Positions 39,003 through 52,441 of a stretch of DNA of 64,000 nt are shown piece by piece. How positions within the stretch are numbered: the stretch's first letter is position 1; each line of letters begins with the position of its first letter. This DNA comes from Octopus sinensis (Eukaryota): positions 190,588,001-190,652,000 of the forward strand of contig NC_042998.1 of assembly GCF_006345805.1 (NCBI RefSeq), in the 5' to 3' direction. The notes under the pieces were generated by a model. The model was given only the letters and a program-made list of their open reading frames with translations, was not told where the DNA came from and searched no databases. Made by a program: the position numbers and the translations under genes.

Positions 39003-39349
39003 ACATTCATTGTTACATACGCACTTGCAGGCTAATAAACGAGGGAAAATAACACTCAATGCATTTAGTTGAGGCGTTAGGAATACGTCCACATCCTCAG
39101 ATATACTCAGTCAGACAAGGGAGAATTTATAATGAATTTTAAAATGACCAGGAGAGAAAGATATTTGGGCAGCTCAGGTTACGTGGATACTTTAGCTTCG
39201 TGTAACAACTGTCGTCACTTAAATGTCAAGTCCTACAGTATGCTCACTACCTGACGCTAACGTACAGTTTGCCTTATCACGTTGGATATATAACGAAAGC
39301 ATCGCCTGGCTTGTACTAACCAATAGAATCACTTGAAGATTTGGACGCT

Positions 39350-39907
39350 TTTCTAAACTAGGCACACGGCCCGAAATTTTTGTGGAGGGGACCAGTCGAT
39401 TAGACTGGTACTTAATTTATCGACCCCTAAAGGAAGAAAGACAAAGTCGACCTCGGCGGAATTTGAACTCAGAACGTAAAGACAGACGAAATACCTATTT
39501 CTATTTCTTTACTACCCACAAGGGGCTAAACACAGAGAGGACAAACAAGGACAGACAAACAGATTAAGTCGATTATATCGACCCCAGTGCGTGACTGGTA
39601 CTTATTTAATCGACCCCGAAAGGAGGAAAGACAAAGTCGACCTCGGCGGAATTTGAACTCAGAACGTAAAGACAGACGAAATACCTGTTTCTTTACTACC
39701 GACAAGGGGCTAAACACAGAGGGAACAAACAAGGACAGACAAAGGGATTAAGTCGATTATAACGACCCCAGTGCGTAACTGGTACTTATTTAATCGACCC
39801 CGAAAGGATGAAAGGCAAAGTCGACCTCGGCGGAATTTGAACACAGAACGTAGCGGCAGACGTAATACGCTAAGCATTTCGCCTAACGTGCTAACGATTC
39901 TGCCAGG
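39350..39907 (-). mobile_element. SINE A trimer ending in an alternative-tail unit
   Basis: Head at about 39907; junctions at about 39686 and 39495. Confidence 0.85.
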
Positions 39908-39963
39908 AAGATTTAGACGCTTACATAACCTGATATGATATGAAACACGTGCGCGCACGATCT

Positions 39964-40002
<39 letters not shown>

Positions 40003-40254
40003 GAGTATGGCACAATTACTCATCTGCATGCTGCCACTGGTTATATGTAAAACGGCTGCATAAGAAAAAACCCTACCGGACTCATTATAAGTACATATTT
40101 CACTCGTTATCTAAATTGAGCTCCCTCAATGTATGTTGACATATAAATTTAGTGTAATTCATTCATTCATTTAAATTATTCGTTCATTCATTCATGCATG
40201 CTTAATATGTATATACACATCTGTATATAAATATTCGTTTACATATATTTGTAT

Positions 40255-40331
40255 ATATAAGTGTATATATACATACATATCTGTATTCATAGAAATGCAT
40301 CCATATACACATACATATACTTATACATACA

Positions 40332-40385
<54 letters not shown>

Positions 40386-41006
40386 ATGTATACATACATA
40401 CATACATATATACATATATATATTATATATATATATATATGTATGTATACATATGTATATATATACACACATATATATATATATATACATATATATATAC
40501 GTACATAGATACATTATACACACACACGCTTGCACACACACACATACACACACACACACACGTACACATACAAATATTCTACCTATATTTCAGTGTGGAC
40601 TTGAAAAAAAAAAAGCTCCACGTAAAAAAAAAAACTTATTTGATATATAAAATATAGTATAAAAAGAACAACAAACACCACCCAACACCCCAACACCCCG
40701 AACCACAACACCAGCAGCAAAATGCAGTACTGTACAACGTGATATGTGCCATAATGCAATTTAAAAAAAAAAAAAAAAAAAAGAAATGGTTTGTGATTAA
40801 CTCAGAAAAATAAATGGAAATTGCAGGAGATAAATTTAAGGAAACTGAGTTGAAGACAAAAAGTTGTTTTTAGGACAGCTAAATATAGTTTGTAAGATGA
40901 ACTGTTGAGAGAATCAATAGTGTACTTCACATAGCAATAAATCATATACTCTTTTCTGGAACCCATTGAAATTTCTAATAACAACCTGCTTTCAGTTTCA
41001 CTTTCA

Positions 41007-41054
<48 letters not shown>

Positions 41055-42056
41055 TTCTCTTTTTCTCTCTCTCTGCTTCTATCTCCCTCTTTGTTTCTCT
41101 TTCTCTTTCTCTGTCGCTCACGCACAAGCTTTCCCTCTCTTTCTATCACTCCGGCTCTTCTCTATATCTCTCTCTGTCCCTCCTCCCCTTGTTTCTTTTA
41201 TTCTTCCACAAGCACGCTCTTTCACAGAAACACTAACAGACACATACTCGCATCACGCACACACACACACACACACGATTCCTCATCTTAGTCTTTCTTC
41301 TTCCTTTTACCTTTTCCACTCTTTCATCTTTCATGTTTACTTAACCTCTCATTCTTATTTTACTCTCTCCCTCTCTCTCTCCCTCTCTCTGCCTATCTCT
41401 CTCTATCACACACATATTCACACACACAAACACACTTCCACAAACAATACATTTATATACACTCACTCTCACATAAACACTCACCTGTCTATCTCTGTCC
41501 TTCATTCATATATTTTTGCACAACACTCTTCTCTCACCTTCTTTCATAATTTCTTTCTCTCTCTCTCAATCTCACACACAAACGTACATTCACACTTTCT
41601 CTCTCGCATACACATTTATACATTCGCACACAAAATCACACTCGCACACACACACACACATTTATCTTCTTTTAATTCTCTCCCATACATACACTCTTAC
41701 TCTCTCTCTCTCTTACTCTCTCTCCATCATATAACTCTTTTTTAATATACCTGCACCTCTCTCTTCATTTTTACTGAACACCCATCCTTCACATTGCGAC
41801 CCATTTTTCTGCATCCCCTCTTTCCTCTCCATCATCTCTCTCTCTCTCACTCCCTTCTCTCTCCTTTCTACTAGCTTTTCTCTTTTCATCTCCTCCTTTC
41901 CCCTTCTTCCTTCTCCTTACATCTCTCTCCTCTCCCCCCTTCTCTGTTCCCCTTGTTCGTTCAACTCTCTCACCACCTTTGCTTTCTACATGTTCTGTGT
42001 TAGGTGGTAGATTTATATTAATATATATATATGTTTGTATGTATATATATATATAG

Positions 42057-42088
<32 letters not shown>

Positions 42089-42128
42089 ATATATTATATA
42101 TATACACATATATATATATATAATATAT

Positions 42129-42185
<57 letters not shown>

Positions 42186-42219
42186 CATACAAACATATAT
42201 ATATAAACATATCTAAGTT

Positions 42220-42250
<31 letters not shown>

Positions 42251-42282
42251 TATATATAAACATATATATATAAACATATCTA

Positions 42283-42341
<59 letters not shown>

Positions 42342-43299
42342 GAAAGAATGGAGTCGAACGAAGATGTTAACAAAATTCCTTTACTCTCGACACATGTTTC
42401 GAAGACAGCATATTTTCATTCCAAAGGAATAAAGGGTGCATTATGCAATCTTCTCATCAGGAAAGAAAGGGAGCCTCTCTCGACAAGACAAACAAAAATT
42501 TCGATGATTGCCTACATGGTAAACAAAGCGATAATGAGTGTTTTTTTAAAAAATCCGTTAGAAGAATTGACGTCAAAAATAGATAGTAGGAGGAAGCGAA
42601 GGGATAAAGTAATAATAGGTAGGGAACAGTATGTTTGCTGTATGTACGGAAATGTGTGGGTGTGTGCTTGTGTTAATGAGTGCGTGTGTTAACGATAGTT
42701 ACTGTGGTTTGAACAATTAGCTTCACGTCCACCCCACTGCTATAGAGAAATTCTTTCCTAAGCCTTCGAACATTCTTTCAATCAACGTACCCTTCCCTCT
42801 CCACTTGTTCCCTACCTATTATTCCTTTATACCTTCCCTTCCTACTATCTATCTTTGACGTCTATCTCTCTAACACACACACAATCACACACACAGACAC
42901 AAATGCAGTTATACACACACACATACACACACACAAACACACGCACTCATTAACACAAGCACACACCCACACATTTCCATATGAGAAGATTGCATAATGC
43001 ACCCTTTATTCCTTTGGAATGAAAATATGCTGTCTTCGAAACATGTGTCGAGAGTAAAGGAATTTTGTTAACATCTTCGTTCGACTCCATTCTTTCATTT
43101 ATTCATATACAATACACAAATTTCTACACATGAGCCCGGAGTTTCTACCCTTGACAGGTAGCTTCAACCGTGTTTTCTGACGTGAATTTGCTACCCAGGT
43201 TTCGGTTAAACGAATTTTCCATGCTGACTATAAACATAGGATAATTCATTCACCTACTTAAATATATATATATATGTGTGTATTATGTATGTATGTATG

Positions 43300-43358
<59 letters not shown>

Positions 43359-43410
43359 TATATATACATATATACATACATACATAATACATATATATAT
43401 ATATATATAT

Positions 43411-43471
<61 letters not shown>

Positions 43472-43475
43472 AATT
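40255..43475. repeat. Compound microsatellite/low-complexity block (TA, CA, CT)
   Basis: Long (TA)n at 40330-40500, 42020-42338 and 43260-43470; CT/CA-rich 40990-41990. Confidence 0.9.
42336..43102. repeat. Perfect 122-bp inverted repeat with 523-bp spacer
   Basis: 42336-42457 is the exact reverse complement of 42981-43102 on base-by-base reading. Confidence 0.9.
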
Positions 43476-44202
43476 AGATCTGTATATTGGACGAATGTGG
43501 TCGATTGGCAGAATCGGTAGAGTGCCTAACAAACATGCGTTACGGTATTGTGTGCAAGGTCTTCGATTCACATTCTGAGTTTTAATCCCTGCCTTTCGCT
43601 ATTTCATGATCCGTCAAATATGCCTGATTTCTCAATGTCACTGTTACGAGTCAAGCCCTGAACCGTCTACATTTTATACCTTTAGTTAGGTGCGAGTTAA
43701 CATATTTAGTTCAATGAACCAACATATTGTTTAAACAATTCAATTTAACATCGGATTGAAAATAAATGGCGTTTGTATTAATGACAGAAATTGTCGAGGA
43801 AGGCAAGAAAAGGAAGTCCAAAATTAAAACAAGACCTTTGATTCAAATGGATTCCAGACATGACCAACTCAACTTTTACCAGATCTAGGTTTTATTCATT
43901 TATGGTTTTATTCATTAGACTGCAGCCATATTAGAGTACTACCTTCAAGCTATTTTTAGACATCCATAGTGATCCCCACTATTAATTAATTAAGTCCGGT
44001 ACTTTATCGAGTTTCAGGCTTTTGTTTACAGCGAGGGGATATCTAAAGCATAAACGTATATGCGAACTTGCGTAGAAATGCACACGTGCACACCACATGC
44101 GCTCACATACACACACATGCGCACATATACATATATAGAGGGCGCTAAATATTTCTTTGCAATAAAATTATTTTAATAAAATATCTTTTGGTCTATCATG
44201 TG

Positions 44203-44558
44203 TGTGTGCGTATATATATAAATCTTTTTCAGAATGAGATAAAAAACACCAAGGCTGTGAAGATTTTAGAACATTTATAAATAGAAGGCTTTACAGCTGT
44301 TTCCAGGATTTTTATTATATCCCTTCATCGGAGACGGTGTGAGAAAATGGTTAAGCAATAGTTAATTTAGATAACTATTAGTTAATTTTGTTATCTAAAT
44401 TAACTATTGCTTAACCATTTTCTCACACCGTCTCCGATGAAGGGATATAATAAATATGCTGGAAACATCTGTAAGATCCACTATTTATAAATGTTCTAAA
44501 ATCTTCACACTCTTGGTGTTTTTATCTCATTCTGAAAAATATTTTATATATACACACG
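44203..44558. repeat. About 350-bp palindrome of two tail-to-tail Penelope-type pseudo-LTR copies
   Basis: Inner 65 bp (44311-44375 vs 44390-44454) perfect, 14-nt loop, outer arms diverged; hammerhead-like core in each arm. Confidence 0.85.
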
Positions 44559-44694
44559 CTGATACCTACGTTGGACTCCTTGTTAGCATAATCACCGAAC
44601 CTGGAGCTTAACTGTCCATAGCTCTTACTCAGCATTACCTGATACCTTTCGGTCTTACTGACACCATTACCTCTCATAGCCTATATATATATAT

Positions 44695-44740
<46 letters not shown>

Positions 44741-45119
44741 CACACACACATATATATCAGGCTGAGTAACAAGTAAGCAACGTTTTAACCATGAAGAATT
44801 TATACCGTATTTTTGCAGAGTTTTGAATTTTTTTAAACATTTGTTTTTTCTTGAAATTGTCTGATAATACTGACATAGACTTGCCCAAATGCATGAATAA
44901 ATTAACAGATATTTTTTCACCATTGTTTCAATCATCTGTGACCGAGTTGGTCGTGAATTTTGTTTGTGCGTCGTTCGAGAGGTTAGTGAAAGATTGCTGA
45001 ATTGGAATTCTATTTGTAATTAATTGTTGTGTCTTGAGACACTTGTTTTGCTGCCTTACGGCAGTCTTGTTAATGCTGTACCTCTTGTTTGAAGGGGGGA
45101 GTGCATTACTTGTGTCTTC

Positions 45120-46100
45120 ATGATGTATGAAGATTTGAATTCACCAGACATAACGACGTCTGAAGAAGAATTACTGAGAAGTTTAGATATAGCAGACCAG
45201 AAGATGGAAAAATTGAAGGTGGAAAATAATGAATTGTGCAGCTACGGCTGGTGAAACAAGAGAAGATATTTGTTTTAACAATGTGGAGTTAAACAAGTAC
45301 AGGAAAATCCTACGAAGGGAGGGGCACGAAGTAAAAGTGACCCCTCCTAGTGAAGTTACAAAGGACACTAAAAAAAAGACAATAATATATAGAACATATA
45401 ATTTGGATGTAAAGGGAATGAAGATAGTGACAAAACTACATGTAGAAAAGGTATTAAGACCCATCTGGCAGGATGTCACCTACTTTGCCAGAGGGAGGAA
45501 ATACGCAGCTGTGGATGTGCGATTTGCATCCGAGGAGAAAGCCAGGCAACATTCGGTAGCCTCCCTGAAAACGGATGAGGTAATACTTCTACCTACATGC
45601 CTTGGAAGACGAGCTTCCAGGATAAGTGTGGTAGAGATTCTCCCGGAGGGAGATGTCGTTTGGCTGGTGGCTACAATACCGCTGGATGTAGAGTAACGAG
45701 ATCGCCGCCAAAGAATTGGCAAGGGTAGACCTTGGAGATAATAATCCAGGCTGCACCGGAGGATCTTGAAATAATGGTCTACACCACAACGGTGGGAGAC
45801 GAGGTAGTATTGAGAGTTATAGTGGAGGGCAGGAAGCCCTTCTGCTATAAATGGCGCCAGAAGGGCCACATACGAGCGGAGTGTTCTCCACCAGCCACAA
45901 AGACACTAGCAGTACTATAGGCCCGAAGGAAAATCGCAACTCTACCTCCTGAAATGACAAGTGGTACAAGGGGCAGTGTGGGGGAGCCGGCAAGGAGGAT
46001 GGCAAGGAGGATGGCAAGGAGGATGGCAAGGAGGCACAAATAAAGGAAATGTAAAAAGAAGAATGATAGATGGTAAACCGGAAAAAGAGAAAAAAGAGAA
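45120..46100 (+). pseudogene. LINE ORF1 (gag-like, RRM-like region plus CCHC zinc knuckle)
   Basis: VIVEGRKPFCYKWRQKGHIRAEC at 45843-45884 (CX2CX4HX4C with one C-to-W change); YAAVDVRFASEEKA RRM-like segment; frameshift and stop. Confidence 0.7.
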
Positions 46101-46114
46101 CTCAGGGTATTGAT

Positions 46115-46395
46115 GTTAACCCCCATTCTACCCCTCTCCACTCTGCCTACTCCCCACTCTGCCACCTCCCCACTCTGCCCGCCCTCTCTACTCTACCCGC
46201 CCTCCCCACTCTTCCCTCTCCCCACTCTGCCTACTCCCCACTCTGCCTCCCTCCTCAGTCTGCCCCCTCTCCACACTACCCGTCCCCACTCTGCTCCGTC
46301 CCCACTCTGCCCCGTCCTCACTCTTCCCCCTCTCCACTCTGCTCCTCCCCACTTTGTCCCTGCAGACACCAACCCTCACCCTACCCCACCAGACT
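46115..46395. repeat. C-rich ccccactctg-based minisatellite
   Basis: More than 15 degenerate ccccactct units. Confidence 0.9.
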
Positions 46396-46908
46396 CTGAT
46401 ACTATAGCTTCAAAAAAGTTGCATTGTTTTCTACAATTCGTCATCCGATGAGTTGTGCGAGAACATAAACAATGTGGACGAGGCGTTAAAAGTCCATATC
46501 GAAGGGTGTGAGAGAGTGCCCTTGCATGTTAAATGTGCATTAAGGGACAGAAAGAACTCGCAAAGTTTAAGAAAGGTTTGCGGGACAAACGCCATTATCT
46601 CACAAATGGAAATTGATACCAAGGGAATGCAATCAACGTTAAGCTATCATGAACTTTTAAAAGAATTTAACGTGGACATATTAAGTGATTATTAATTGAT
46701 TAATTGTTTAAAAAAAAGTTTCAATTAGGTCACTTGGATTGTGGGGTCGCCTTGGCCTTCATTTCATCCATTCATTTTTCATACCCCACTTTTCATTCGT
46801 TTTATTCCCCACTCCCCACTTTTGTGTTTTTGTCCATATTTGTACTGTCCCTCTATATTTAGACCCCTGTGGGCAATAAAGAAATCGTTATTACAATAAT
46901 CTGAAACT

Positions 46909-47906
46909 GAACTGTCAAAGCGCGATATTCGAGCAATTTTACTATTCAACTTCAAAAAAGGAGGTAAAGCAGCTGAAATTGTTCGCAGTATCAGCGAAAC
47001 GTTTGGTGAGGAAATGACCAGTTAGCGGTCAGCTCGAAAATGGTTTAAACGATTTCGCAGTAGAGAGTTGAGCCTTGAAGATCAAGAGCGTAGTGGTCGC
47101 CAATCTGACACTGATGACGGTAAATTAGAGACCGTCATTGAGAAAGATCCACGTAAAATTACTCGACAACTGGCAAAAGAACTTCAAGTTAGCCAGAAAA
47201 CTGCCTGCAACCATTTCCATGCGATTGGAAAATCACGGGTACCACACGATTTGAATGAGAATCAGAAAATGCGCAGACATGAAATTTGCTCGTTGCTTCT
47301 TTCCCTTAACCAGACGGAACCATTTTCCAACTGTATCGTAACTTGCGATGGAAAGTGGATTCTGTGGAAAAAAAAGTTCTTCGTAGTGTTGGACCAAAAT
47401 GAAGCACCGAAAACCTTCCCTAAACCCAAGCTCTTCAAAAACAAGGTGATGGTGACTATTTGGTGGTGTACTGCTAGACTCATCCACTATAATTTCTTAA
47501 AAATCGAAAAAAACAATTACTGCAGAAACATATTGCCATGAAATTGCCAAAATGAACGAAAAACTGTTACTCCTCCGTCCCAGAATGGTCAACAGAAGAG
47601 GGCCAATCATTCTTCATGACAATGCTCGACCACACGTTTCACTAATGACGCTCCAGAAGTTGAGGGAACTTGGCTACGAAGTTCTTCCCCACCCAGCTTA
47701 TTTTCCAGACCTTTCTCCTACCGACTACCACTTTTTTAAGCACCTTGATGGTTTCCTGCAAGAGAAGTTAAAAATCAAACCGATGCTGAAAGTTCGGTCA
47801 AAGAGTTCATCAGCGCCAAAACTCAAGATTTTTATGTTACCGGAATAAACAAACGTCTAACTCGTTGGCAAAAATGCGTTGATTGTAATGGTACTTTGAT
47901 GAATAA
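46909..47906 (+). pseudogene. Mariner transposase (DD34D-type), frameshifted
   Basis: HTH ARKWFKRFRS, EDQERSGR, VTCDGKW, KVMVTIWW, ILHDNARPH, HPAYFPDLSPTDYHFFK, RWQKCVDCNG. Confidence 0.92.
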
Positions 47907-47987
47907 AATTTCCGCATTGTTGAAATATATTGTGATGAATTTCATGTTTCAAAACGTTGCTTACCTTTTACTCAGCCTGATATATAT

Positions 47988-48041
<54 letters not shown>

Positions 48042-49259
48042 TAGACTGTTGCGCTAGATTTAAAAATACCAAATTTCTTATATTCCCTTTCTATGAATGT
48101 AAAGACAGAATCTCTACACAAGAAAGAATCGACAAGGAGAATCTTGTTATTGAAAAATTCCAAACGCTTCTTAATATGCTAACTCCACGGTGACCGTATT
48201 CCTTTTTCTAGCCTACCTAATTACATACATATATAGTTGTTACTTGTATTTCTAAGAACAGACATAAGCATCCTGTTGACAAAAAAATCCAGCACTCCAT
48301 TTAAAGAGAATAAAACCCACAGAATTGTCTCCCCTTATCCACAGGAACTGGATAGCTCCAACCCCATTTCCTATTTGACACATAAACATCCAACCTTCTC
48401 GAACAAAAGATTACACTGAAACACATGCATCCTAATCCTTCAAACAAGCTATTTCATGGAATACTATTGAACTTTAAAAGCTTAAAGACACAATGATGTA
48501 TTGGTATATTTATTTATTTTTGTATATATTTATTATTTTTTTGAAAAAAACATTATTTTTCCCCTTTCTTATCTCGAAAATTTGCCATGCAATGAAAGCC
48601 GTTTAGAAATCCTTTTTAATCTTTCTTATACCCATTTATATTAAAATTTGCTTTCAGTTTAGCATTCTACCTTATCACTATTATTTTTTCCTTTCCTATA
48701 TATATATATATATTTTTTTTTTCTCCCCTTCACCATTTTCTATCTTTCCCCTCTGTCTCTCCCTTTTTCTTCTTTACTCTCTAGTTGCTCACACATGACC
48801 ATCGTCCATCTTTCTTTTCTCCACTTGATCATCTTTCTTTTCTTTGGGTCTGTGTCACAGACCAGAGATATTCTTGTCTGTCTCCTCTCCTATTTTTTCT
48901 CTTGTCAAAGATTGTTCCTTCAGCGTTCGCCACCTTACCTCGTATGGCCTACCGGCCCTCACTGTTTGTTTTCACTGTCCTGTTATTGTTACCAACTTTG
49001 ACCCTCCACAAATTCCAAATTTTATTTTGGGCCTCTGGACCAACTGTTTCCTCGAAGGAACATATTGTCGTGAATTGCTCGCAATGTTGAGAAGATAAAC
49101 AGCCGAGAACTGATGACGGGTCGTTCTTTATGTCACTTGTCTTGTTTTCTATTTGTTTCTTTCGTTGTGTAGCATACGAAAGTTTGTCTTCGTATTTCAT
49201 GTTGTGTACGTTTTATGACGTCCTGTACCCATATATGCATGTATATATACATATATATG

Positions 49260-49519
<260 letters not shown>

Positions 49520-49520
<1 letters not shown>

Positions 49521-49975
49521 CGTCGTCATCGGTTGTCTGTCGTCGGTCAACGTTGGCTGTTCTGTTTGCAGCAGCGATGACATTGCTTGACGCAACGGAG
49601 AAGTGATGGCTCTCATGTACTCTCTCTTATTCTCTCTGTTGTTTCTTCTCAATTGCTGGAATTATGAGTTTCAGGAATCGGTACCATTCATCGCGCCGCA
49701 TGTCCTTCTCCTGCAAAGTATTTGGGGAAATACTGGACTTATTCACATGGCTCTTCAGCATATCTCTGTATCGCAATTTTTGACCACAATGGGTCCTCCT
49801 GCACCGTCATAGTCCCGCAATGAAAACTGCCTTTAGGAGCCTACGACCCTTCATCGTACTAGCAGTTGCTATTAAGTTATGAAGGTCTTAACACTAACTG
49901 CATCAGTGCAGAAACTATACATCAGGCATGCGATCCCGCCATTTTATATGCAAGATGGAATGCAGATGACGAAGT
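49520..49975 (-). pseudogene. RTE-clade LINE 3' fragment
   Basis: ILHIKWRD, GQKLRYRDMLK, RRDEW. Confidence 0.65.
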
Positions 49976-50788
49976 TGGACTCGTTTCAGGGTCTTGATGT
50001 GCCTGTTGTAGAGAGCCATATATATATATGAAATACACACAAATAATAGATGAATACATTTATTGAATGTTTACCAATGTTTCAGATAAGTATTGGAGGG
50101 ATTTAATTCCATAGTTCAATCGTATTAATCGATCATTCCATGGTCGATTGACTGAAAAAAAAACAAACAATCACCCTTGTATACCTTCCGCAGAGCCATA
50201 ATGAATTGACTGCCAAATGAAAGGAATTTGATCAAGACGGTATTATTTGAAAACTAGATCATCTATTTTAAGCAAGTGTCTGACCAGTACTATCCAGGTA
50301 AAACAGGAAACGTGAATAGTGGTAGCAACAAGAATCAAGGAATAGTAAGCCTGACTATGAAAAGGAATGAAATCTGATACCATACTACCTGGTTTAGGGC
50401 TGTCACACATAACCGGAACAGTGTATTGAAGTTTACTAATAGATTTTGAAATATTAGTAGATTGGAGATAGTCCTAAGTAATACAAAAGGTGGGGGGATA
50501 TTGACAGATTGGAGATTCGCCAATTAATGAAACAGAAAGAAAAAATAGCTGTTCAATATATACTGAGATAACCAGTTTAGAGTAAATGATAAAGGTAGTA
50601 AGATTAATAACCAGAGATCATAAAGAGGCTATAAATTGATACAATATGGTAACAGGAAGACGACTAGAAAAATAGTGCCTAAAAGAGGCTGTTAAAGGAA
50701 ATTAATGCAAAAATAGAATAAAAGAATGATAGAAATAAAGGAAATTTAAATTGAATGTCTCTTTCATATGCGCGTGTGTTTGTGTGTA

Positions 50789-50875
<87 letters not shown>

Positions 50876-50876
<1 letters not shown>

Positions 50877-51300
50877 TACCTGTATCACCTGTATTACCTG
50901 TATCGACCAGAATATCGGATGTTGTCATACACCGTTGGCCACAATGTGCTTCCAGTTCTTTCTTGATTGGGCCATTCTTATCCACCTTGGCTCAAATAGT
51001 TTTACTAAATAACCACCGCCGAGTGTCTTTTTCGATCTCTTGAATACCACTCATCACCTGCACGGGTTCACCTATTCTCGGTGAGCCTTACAACATGACC
51101 GGCCCAGCGGAGCTTGTCCATTCGGTTTTCTGCGATCATTTCATCCACTCCGCTCTATTCTCAGATTAGCCTATTTAAGAAATACTCTTGCAATGATATA
51201 ACTAGCATGGATCTTTCCATCACCCTTTGCACCGTAGCCGATCGACATTTTTCTTTCTCCGGGGAAGCTCATGTCTCTCTTGAATGGAAGGCATTTTGAT
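50876..51300 (-). pseudogene. RTE-clade LINE 3' fragment with repeat tail
   Basis: QRVMERSML, KLRWAGHVVRL, tail gatacaggtaatacaggtgatacagg. Confidence 0.8.
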
Positions 51301-51387
51301 AAAAAAGATGTGTTCAAAGCAAAGCTGGACAAAACCCTACGTACTAGTCACCCCAGCAACACTGTCTTTTATATATATTGCTTTTAT

Positions 51388-51576
51388 TTCTTTTACATGT
51401 TTCAGTCATTTGACGGCGGCTAAGCTGGAGCATCGCCTTTAGTCGAGCAAATAGACCCCTGGACTTCTATGTATGCCTAGTATTTATTATATCGGTTTCT
51501 TTTGCCTAACCGCTAAGTTATGGGGACGTAAACACGCCAACATCGGTTGTCAAGCGATGGTAGGGGACAAACAGAC

Positions 51577-51629
<53 letters not shown>

Positions 51630-51957
51630 TATATATGTATATATATATATAAAAGTAAAAAAATACAAACTGGGACAAGAACGTGAAACATTTAGAAGAC
51701 GACACAAAAAAGCCTTCAATTTTCAGTCAAGAACCGGATCATCTTCGCAATTTCGGCTGATTAATCTTGAGATTGCTCCGACCTGGCCAGCCCCGTGTGT
51801 GCATACGACGGGCTTCTTTCATCTTCCGTCTACCAAATCCACTCACAAAGCTTTGGTCGTCTCGAGACTATAGTAGAAGACACTTGCCCAAGATGCTACG
51901 CAGTTGGACTGAACCCGGAACCATATGGTTGAGAAACAAGTTTCTTACCACACAGCC
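51388..51957 (-). mobile_element. SINE family B copy with about 150-bp insertion in its microsatellite
   Basis: Family B head and tail flank an unrelated segment at about 51650-51795. Confidence 0.75.
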
Positions 51958-52027
51958 GGACTTGCTCCTATGGTATACATAGATACATATATACGTACAT
52001 ACAGACACAGACACAGACACCGACACA

Positions 52028-52073
<46 letters not shown>

Positions 52074-52121
52074 CAAATATATATAAAGGGAAAATGTATG
52101 GTAAATAAACAAACGACATAA

Positions 52122-52441
52122 TGTATATTGAGTCTGCAACCAGACGGGAGACAATCACAAAAGGTCCCTAATTGTTCATCAGTTATCAACCAATAGGTAA
52201 TACTCAGTTTTCGCACCCTTAATGATAAGACTGAGGATTTCCCATGTTGGCGGTGCCCGCAAAAAGATTTTTCTTGCAGAGAATTCAGGGCCGAGAGTAA
52301 ATAAAACAAATCAAAATAACACAGAGTGTGATTTGGGACGTCCAGACATTGGGTCATCTTCAAGACTTTCCCTTCCCCTCCTAAATTCAGTTGCCCACTT
52401 TTGGATTTTTGTCTCCCGTCCGGTTGCACACTCAAGATACA
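52122..52441. repeat. 33-bp inverted repeats flanking 254 bp (candidate MITE)
   Basis: 52122-52154 vs 52409-52441, 29/33 match; no clear TSD. Confidence 0.55.

Larger units (their letters stand above)
44939..46885 (+). mobile_element. ORF1-only (RT-less) Tx1/L1-like retroelement
   Basis: Decayed ORF1 with zinc knuckle; tail shared with SINE A; candidate 18-bp TSD at 44921-44938 and 46886-46903 (14/18). Confidence 0.65.
44757..47980 (+). mobile_element. Mariner transposon split by a 1.9-kb retroelement insertion
   Basis: 30-bp TIRs tcaggctgagtaa(c/a)a(a/g)gtaagcaacgtttt at 44757 and 47951-47980, TA on both flanks. Confidence 0.9.

Noticed and set aside
40966-42373. 259-aa and 194-aa ORFs
   Set aside because: Low-complexity CT/CA/TA translation with no domain motifs.
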